A stretch of DNA of 64,000 nucleotides, taken from positions 1 through 64,000 of IMG/VR virus record IMGVR_UViG_3300003873_000002. The stretch is one strand, 5' to 3'. Every line of letters starts with the position of its first letter. Positions within the stretch are counted from its first letter, which is position 1. Below are positions 58,088-64,000 of this stretch, piece by piece. The notes under the pieces were generated by a model that ran no database searches, had not been told where the DNA came from, and was given only the letters and a program-made list of their open reading frames with translations. Origin of the DNA: a virus. The position numbers were made by a program, and so were the translations under genes.

Positions 58088-58505
58088 ATATTTTATTGTC
58101 TGGTGTGTCATAATCAATTATTTCTAAACTTACATTTTGAAATTTGCGTTGAAATTTTGACTCGATATTTGATAAATAATCACGACATTTTATCAAATAC
58201 ATGTTTTTTAATAACTTAAAAATGCCTTTCTGATCATTTTCATTTACAATTGAAATAAAATAGCTATCTAGTAATTTATACCCCAGAATACATCTACCCG
58301 GGCTCACTAAATTGATTTTGGTGCCATGTACTTCTATAAAACCTGAAGCTGTATTGAGATTTAATTCTAAGTCCTTTAACATTAAACTTGAAGAATATAT
58401 CCCATTGCGTATATACTCATTTTTATCTTCGACTTGTCTAATAATAATTCTATTGCTATTATTATCAAACGTCATAATGGCGTAATCGTAGTTTATTTTT
58501 ATCAT
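58083..58505 (-). CDS. Hypothetical protein
   Basis: 140-aa ORF in minus-strand operon. Confidence 0.65.
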   Translation of the reverse strand: MIKINYDYAIMTFDNNSNRIIIRQVEDKNEYIRNGIYSSSLMLKDLELNLNTASGFIEVHGTKINLVSPGRCILGYKLLDSYFISIVNENDQKGIFKLLKNMYLIKCRDYLSNIESKFQRKFQNVSLEIIDYDTPDNKIF

Positions 58506-58533
58506 TTTATCTTTCTTTATTTAAAATTAAAAA

Positions 58534-58929
58534 TTATTTATTTTGGTTATTTTGGTTGTTTTGGATATTCGACTCTACTGTTCTAATTCGGTCGTTTATA
58601 TTTGTTATACGATGTCGCATTTCATTTAAATTGTCTTCTATGCGATCCATATTAGATTCGGTTTCTTTCAACGCATAATTATGCCTCATCACATCGTCGT
58701 GTAGTGTGATATATACTGTTAAAACTGGCCCTATTATTGTAATTAATAGAGCTATAATTTTAAATACATCATCCTTATCAATACCACTCTTTTCCTTTGG
58801 TGTTAATTGATGTGTTGGATATACGTAATCATCGTCGGTTACGATATATTTATTATTTTTTGTCAAATCTTCAGCCCTATCACTAACTCTTCTGTTATAA
58901 ACGCCACCATTGTTAATATTTTTGTACAT
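58534..58929 (-). CDS. Single-TM coiled-coil protein, possible lysis accessory
   Basis: RRVSDR, one TM, coiled coil. Confidence 0.6.
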   Translation of the reverse strand: MYKNINNGGVYNRRVSDRAEDLTKNNKYIVTDDDYVYPTHQLTPKEKSGIDKDDVFKIIALLITIIGPVLTVYITLHDDVMRHNYALKETESNMDRIEDNLNEMRHRITNINDRIRTVESNIQNNQNNQNK

Positions 58930-58983
58930 TTTGATACCATTTTTGACACCTTATGGTGTTGTTATTTAATGTGATGAATACTA

Positions 58984-59544
58984 TTAAATGCTGTTGAATT
59001 GTTTCATTGCGCTATCATAAATAGCGGTTACTTCTTCTTTCGATGTAGCAGATAATATTAATTTATTTAAACTGATTCTCGTGTCTTCAATCATAGCTGT
59101 CTTATTTAGCCATTCGTTATGTTTTTTAATTATGGACAATGCAATAGTTTCTTTATCTAGCCCTGTTGTTAATGATTCTCTATCAAGTATATGATATGTC
59201 CTTGTGGTGCCATTTTTTTTATCATTGATAAAATTTGAAGCTTCATCAAATTTTAATTTATAAACTACCTGTTGGCTGTAGGGTATATCACTATGTGCTA
59301 AATTTGCGAGTTCCAAAATAAGTGATTTGAAAGTATTTTTATAATCATTTAAATCAATATTATTATTTTTTGGTGTGATAATCAACCCATCACTATTTTT
59401 CATATAAATATAATTATCTGGGTTTTCTGAAATACTGATAAATTGTTCATCCGTAATTTCAATTGCATCCCCTGGTATATTATTATTCATTTTATCATCA
59501 TAAAATGCATGAAGTTTTTCATTTTTTATAGTTACATATTTCAT
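58984..59544 (-). CDS. Tail fibre assembly chaperone
   Basis: AFYD...IPGDAIEITDEQ, K..EA, IEDTR motifs; follows fibre gene. Confidence 0.8.
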   Translation of the reverse strand: MKYVTIKNEKLHAFYDDKMNNNIPGDAIEITDEQFISISENPDNYIYMKNSDGLIITPKNNNIDLNDYKNTFKSLILELANLAHSDIPYSQQVVYKLKFDEASNFINDKKNGTTRTYHILDRESLTTGLDKETIALSIIKKHNEWLNKTAMIEDTRISLNKLILSATSKEEVTAIYDSAMKQFNSI

Positions 59545-59554
59545 TTTTCTAATC

Positions 59555-62023
59555 CTAATACCCCAGTGCATACCAAATTATATATTCGTTTGATGACGCG
59601 TATCTATATTTTAATTGGAACCCACCACTATATATACTTTTAATAGGGACAATTTTGCTTTCTCCAACATCCTGTGCCCAAACACCTATTGTTGCATTAT
59701 CAAAACTAAATGGAAAATAAATACTGCGCCATTTATGTGTAAAAATAGATCTATCTGTTAGATATCCCCATTGAAGTTTAATGCCATTGTCGAACTCTAT
59801 ATACCCAGTTTTTGTATTGTGTGATGTGGAATTGTCACTGTCACTGTCATTATTAAACCATGGGGCAAACCATGGAGCATCGTCATCGTCATCGTCACTG
59901 CTATGACCACTATTTTTATTTATACCAAATAAGCTAGAAAATGATGAAGTTTTATTCTTTTTAATTTCACTTTTAATTAAATCATTTAATCCGTTAATCT
60001 CGTCTGGTAAAATTTTATCATTTTTATCTTTTTTATTATCTAATAATAGTTTGATGTTTTCTACATCTTTGGTATTCTTATTTAAATCAGATATTTCACA
60101 TTTTTTGCTTAATTTATCTGTTAGGCCAATTATATTATCTATTTGGATCTTTGCTGATTTATCTATTTTTTCATTTAATTTATCACTTAAACCATTTATA
60201 TCAGTTATATCAATATTTTCGCTTCTGCTGATCTTACTATCAAGAATACTTCTTAAACCTTTGATATCATTATAATCAACATTATTAATTCTATCTTCCC
60301 ATCCATTACTTATTTTGGATAATTCGTTCCCAAGGTTTTTGATATCATCTATTTTAATATTATGTAATTTTGTGTCACAATCAGAGATAATATTATCTAA
60401 TACAATGCTTAGGTTGTTGACATCTTTGATATCTATCTTATCATTAATGTTTCTTTTATTGTCCAAAATATGTGTTAGTTCGGTAATTTCATTAATATTA
60501 ATTTGTGTATTGATATCTCTTTTCTCAGAGAGAATTTGTTTTAAATCAGCCACATTATTAATATCTATTACATCATTAATTCCGCGTTTTGTATCTAGAA
60601 CGTGTTGTAATGAATTAATCTCATTTATATTGATTTTATCTTGTATATTCCTTTTATGATTAAGAATTGATTGCAAATCATTAATTTCATTAATACCAAT
60701 GGTGTTATTAATATCACGCTTCGAATTCAATGAATCCTTTAGTCCATCAATATCACCTATAGACACCGCGCCCTTTTTAACAGTTACATTGCCTTTACTA
60801 TCTACATCAATATCACCACCACTTTTGATGCCCCCTAAAATATTGATGGTTGCAACATTTAATTCATAAATAGTATCAGTAAATAACGCATCTGCAGGGA
60901 CGTCAGATAGAATACTATGCCCGTTAACAGTTTTTGCATCTATGTGAAGATTATCAATATCTTCCTTCGTTTGATCAGAAGTAGCACCATTTTCAATACT
61001 AGCAAGTTTATCTACACTATGAATAATATCATCTTTTAGTTCATGTGTAAACGATTCGGTTGTTTCATCTAATATTTTTTTATTCTGATGTGAATGGGAC
61101 ACCTCATTTAATGCTTTGATTTCATCTGAGGTTACTGCACCATTTTTATTTATGCTTTGAATGTCGTTTTTTATTTTAGAAATATCTGAGTCAGTAATAC
61201 TTTGGCTTCTTGATAATTCGGGTATTTCACTTACCAATTTATCTTTATGTTTATCAAAAACAGCTGAGGTGCTGTCTAAGATATCTTTATTGGTATGTGT
61301 ATGTGCTACCTTTTTCAGACCATCTATAGATGCATTAACACGGGTGTCATCATAAATAGTGTCTGTAAATACTGCATCTGCTGGAACATCAGTTAAAACA
61401 CGGTTAATGTCTACTTTATTGTCTAGTTCTGCTTGCAATCCCGCAATATTAGAGACTGTTAATGCTTTAAGGGTGTCCTGATTTTTCTTGACATAATCAA
61501 CGACCTTTTGTATTGATGCAATATCACCCGCGTTTGACTCAATATAGTTTTTAATATTATCAATAAGATCTTTTAATATTTTGCCTTGTTTCGCGGATAA
61601 TGGTGCTTTACCATCCACTGTTGTTAGATTATCTATAATACTATCGATTGAAATTTTGGCGTTTAATGTATCTTGCAGTCCAGTAACATTCTCAACTGTA
61701 TGTTTGTGGCTATTGTCTTTTACAGATGCATATAATTTACCTGACATTAATTCCAATAAATTAACTGTCCCATTAACATCACCAACAAGTGTGATAGATG
61801 GGGATGGTTTGTTTATGGTGTTTTCCCAGTTCAAAAGATCAGTAGGTGATAACCCTTCCAATGTATCAGCATCAAGATTGGATCCTTTACCTTGTTCTAT
61901 AAATTGGCTATCTAATTTGCCACTACTATTAGTGATTGGTATAATGCCAGGTTTTCCTGGTATAGAAGAGACATTATCTGCGTTTAAATTAGAATCACAT
62001 TTATTACCTGGATATATAATCAT
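59555..62023 (-). CDS. Tail fibre protein
   Basis: GSNLDADTLEG, PLSAKQGK.L, DVPADAVFTDT, many ~23-aa IxDIxGLxxxLxxK repeats, C-terminal GYIEFDNGIKLQWG...WYALGY. Confidence 0.9.
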   Translation of the reverse strand: MIIYPGNKCDSNLNADNVSSIPGKPGIIPITNSSGKLDSQFIEQGKGSNLDADTLEGLSPTDLLNWENTINKPSPSITLVGDVNGTVNLLELMSGKLYASVKDNSHKHTVENVTGLQDTLNAKISIDSIIDNLTTVDGKAPLSAKQGKILKDLIDNIKNYIESNAGDIASIQKVVDYVKKNQDTLKALTVSNIAGLQAELDNKVDINRVLTDVPADAVFTDTIYDDTRVNASIDGLKKVAHTHTNKDILDSTSAVFDKHKDKLVSEIPELSRSQSITDSDISKIKNDIQSINKNGAVTSDEIKALNEVSHSHQNKKILDETTESFTHELKDDIIHSVDKLASIENGATSDQTKEDIDNLHIDAKTVNGHSILSDVPADALFTDTIYELNVATINILGGIKSGGDIDVDSKGNVTVKKGAVSIGDIDGLKDSLNSKRDINNTIGINEINDLQSILNHKRNIQDKININEINSLQHVLDTKRGINDVIDINNVADLKQILSEKRDINTQININEITELTHILDNKRNINDKIDIKDVNNLSIVLDNIISDCDTKLHNIKIDDIKNLGNELSKISNGWEDRINNVDYNDIKGLRSILDSKISRSENIDITDINGLSDKLNEKIDKSAKIQIDNIIGLTDKLSKKCEISDLNKNTKDVENIKLLLDNKKDKNDKILPDEINGLNDLIKSEIKKNKTSSFSSLFGINKNSGHSSDDDDDDAPWFAPWFNNDSDSDNSTSHNTKTGYIEFDNGIKLQWGYLTDRSIFTHKWRSIYFPFSFDNATIGVWAQDVGESKIVPIKSIYSGGFQLKYRYASSNEYIIWYALGY

Positions 62024-62024
62024 T

Positions 62025-62288
62025 TTATTTGCCTTTACTCACAACAACATCGATGGATTCAATTGGCATGTTTTGCTCATCATTGATTGTATCTGGTAGT
62101 TTCATATACACATTTGATCCACCTGGATAAACAAACGCACCATTACATGTAAAATAAATATCGGTTTTATTATCTGGTTTACTGTCACTCACATATACTA
62201 GAATATATTTATTGCTTCTGATTTGTGTATAACTTGGATTTTTTTTGGATATGAGTTGCCATTCGTGTGTAAGTGTAATTTTTTCCAT
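62025..62288 (-). CDS. Small beta-rich virion-associated hypothetical protein
   Basis: Directly upstream of fibre gene, late-promoter-like motif upstream. Confidence 0.6.
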   Translation of the reverse strand: MEKITLTHEWQLISKKNPSYTQIRSNKYILVYVSDSKPDNKTDIYFTCNGAFVYPGGSNVYMKLPDTINDEQNMPIESIDVVVSKGK

Positions 62289-62357
62289 TTAGCATGCCCT
62301 ATATTAATAGTTTTATTTAATTTGTATTTAATAATTTTTAATAATTTTTTAATTTAT

Positions 62358-62382
62358 AAAAAAAGAGGGCAATGCCCTCTTT
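62358..62382 (-). terminator. Rho-independent terminator
   Basis: AAAGAGGGCA-a-TGCCCTCTTT with T-run on minus strand. Confidence 0.75.
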
Positions 62383-62521
62383 AAAATAATTCACAAAGAT
62401 TTCAGTTCGATTTTCGGTTTAATAAATTTTAATAAATTTTAATAAATTTTAATAAATTCAGTATAAAATTTATACTGAATCTTATCGAATCTTATCGAAT
62501 CTTACTGAATTTTACCGAAGA

Positions 62522-64000
62522 TTAAAATACACAAACTTTATTCCAAACATTTGGATTTGCTGCAGTAAATGTGTTGGTTGTGTCATAAACAGGTAAGTCT
62601 GATTTTGTAACATGTTTTAATGATGTCCAATTAATCATATCAGTTGATGTTAATATTTCTATATCAAGATCACTGGGAACCCAATCAGATGAATATGCAC
62701 CAAACCACAATGACTGTAGATTACTATTTTCTATATCGAAAATAATATAATCACCACTTGTGACAGTGGAATATTGTCCTACAGACCCACTACTTCGCTC
62801 ATTAATTATATTATCTATTACTGATGATGATGATATTTTATAATCTAAAACATCACCTGGTGATATATGTATTACATCACCATTATTATCTAATAAACCT
62901 GTTGTTATAATAAATGGTTGTGTAGCTTTAATAACATTGATTTTGATAAATAAGCCGCTTGTCCTCATAGCTAAACCAAATTGTAAATATCTCTTATACT
63001 CTTCCACTCTACTTATTATATCACCATTAGCAGGCAATTCATAAACTTTATTCCAAACATTTGGATTTGCTGCAGTAAATGTGCTGTTCGCACTATAAAC
63101 TGGTAAGTCTTTGTTATAAACATACTTCAAATCAAACCAATTTACATTATCTTGAGAAACTGAAATTTTAATTTTTTTCAAAACATAACCAGCCGAATAT
63201 GCACCAAACCACATTGACTTTAACTTAGACTGATGCGATGTTATATCAAATACTGCATAATTGCCCGGTATAAGTGTTGCTGATGAACTTGATAAATAAT
63301 CACCAATCAAGTTTTTTAACGTACCACGATTAATTTTATAATCAATAATATCATTTGGACTTATTGACATCACATTATTTGAATCATCAATAAACCCAAA
63401 AGAAGTCGCGAATTCGTTAGTAATATTTTCAATATCTTCTATTTTGATATAATTGATATTATTAGCATATCTATCTGCATAAACTACTTTATCTTTGCTA
63501 TGTATTTGTAATGTTGCGTCCCCAAATACACTCATTGCGTTAACTGTGGGAATGATCGAATTAGTTGTAATTGGGTTACCGTTTACATACCATGATGCAG
63601 TACCCGTCGTACCAGCATTATAATCAAAAATACATGCTATTATATTTGAAACAGATGTATCAATAACAGTGGCGTCATACATAGATACATCAAATAAACA
63701 TTCAGATGTTGTTGTATCTGTTGCATTTATATCACCGAATGAAATTTGATAATTAGTGCCAGTGACTTCCATTTCAATTAAAATATATGGGTTTATATCA
63801 CCATAATATGTCAAATCATTCTGATTATTATATGGTGTGCCTGTAACAGAGGTTATTGTTTTAGGTCCATTTTTGCATATAAAATCAGAGACATCACTAT
63901 CTACACCATAATAATTAAACAATGGGTCATCTGGTGTAATTTTATCACGTCTCAAGTATACAATGCCCCCAGATCCAGCACCCGATCTTGTAGAACCAGT
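62522..64000 (-). CDS. Tail fibre / receptor-binding-like protein, 5'-truncated, duplicated C-terminal domain
   Basis: Frame open to window edge (SGAGSGGIVYLR); two copies of WFGAYS..S.D..NW..FTAANPNVWNKV. Confidence 0.7.
   Translation of the reverse strand, partial: TGSTRSGAGSGGIVYLRRDKITPDDPLFNYYGVDSDVSDFICKNGPKTITSVTGTPYNNQNDLTYYGDINPYILIEMEVTGTNYQISFGDINATDTTTSECLFDVSMYDATVIDTSVSNIIACIFDYNAGTTGTASWYVNGNPITTNSIIPTVNAMSVFGDATLQIHSKDKVVYADRYANNINYIKIEDIENITNEFATSFGFIDDSNNVMSISPNDIIDYKINRGTLKNLIGDYLSSSSATLIPGNYAVFDITSHQSKLKSMWFGAYSAGYVLKKIKISVSQDNVNWFDLKYVYNKDLPVYSANSTFTAANPNVWNKVYELPANGDIISRVEEYKRYLQFGLAMRTSGLFIKINVIKATQPFIITTGLLDNNGDVIHISPGDVLDYKISSSSVIDNIINERSSGSVGQYSTVTSGDYIIFDIENSNLQSLWFGAYSSDWVPSDLDIEILTSTDMINWTSLKHVTKSDLPVYDTTNTFTAANPNVWNKVCVF

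Noticed and set aside
62522-63250. Diversity-generating retroelement TR/VR pair
   Set aside because: Differences are not adenine-specific, both copies are coding, and no reverse transcriptase is in the window.

Overview
AT-rich segment of a large T4-like (contractile-tail) bacteriophage genome infecting a Gram-negative host. 1-16 kb: early/accessory region of small, partly paralogous and domain-shuffled ORFs behind sigma70-type promoters, with a DsbA-like protein, RNA ligase 2, three canonical tRNAs, one aberrant tRNA-Asn copy and several structured non-coding stretches. 16-24 kb: nucleotide metabolism (TGT/DpdA-like TIM barrel, P-loop kinase, dUTPase/dCTP deaminase, dCMP deaminase, ThyX) and a two-subunit type II topoisomerase. 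24-55 kb: virion module (terminase, portal, protease-scaffold fusion, major capsid, neck, sheath, tube, chaperone with a likely +1 frameshift, tape measure, baseplate with split gp5). 55.3-57 kb: non-coding strand-convergence zone carrying ten IHF-box-like motifs and long repeats. 57-64 kb, minus strand: spanins, holin, tail fibre genes. Throughout, many sequence-unrelated short tandem repeats occur, mostly 10-nt units between genes and 9/12-nt units inside genes. All calls come from motif recognition and gene order; no searches were run.
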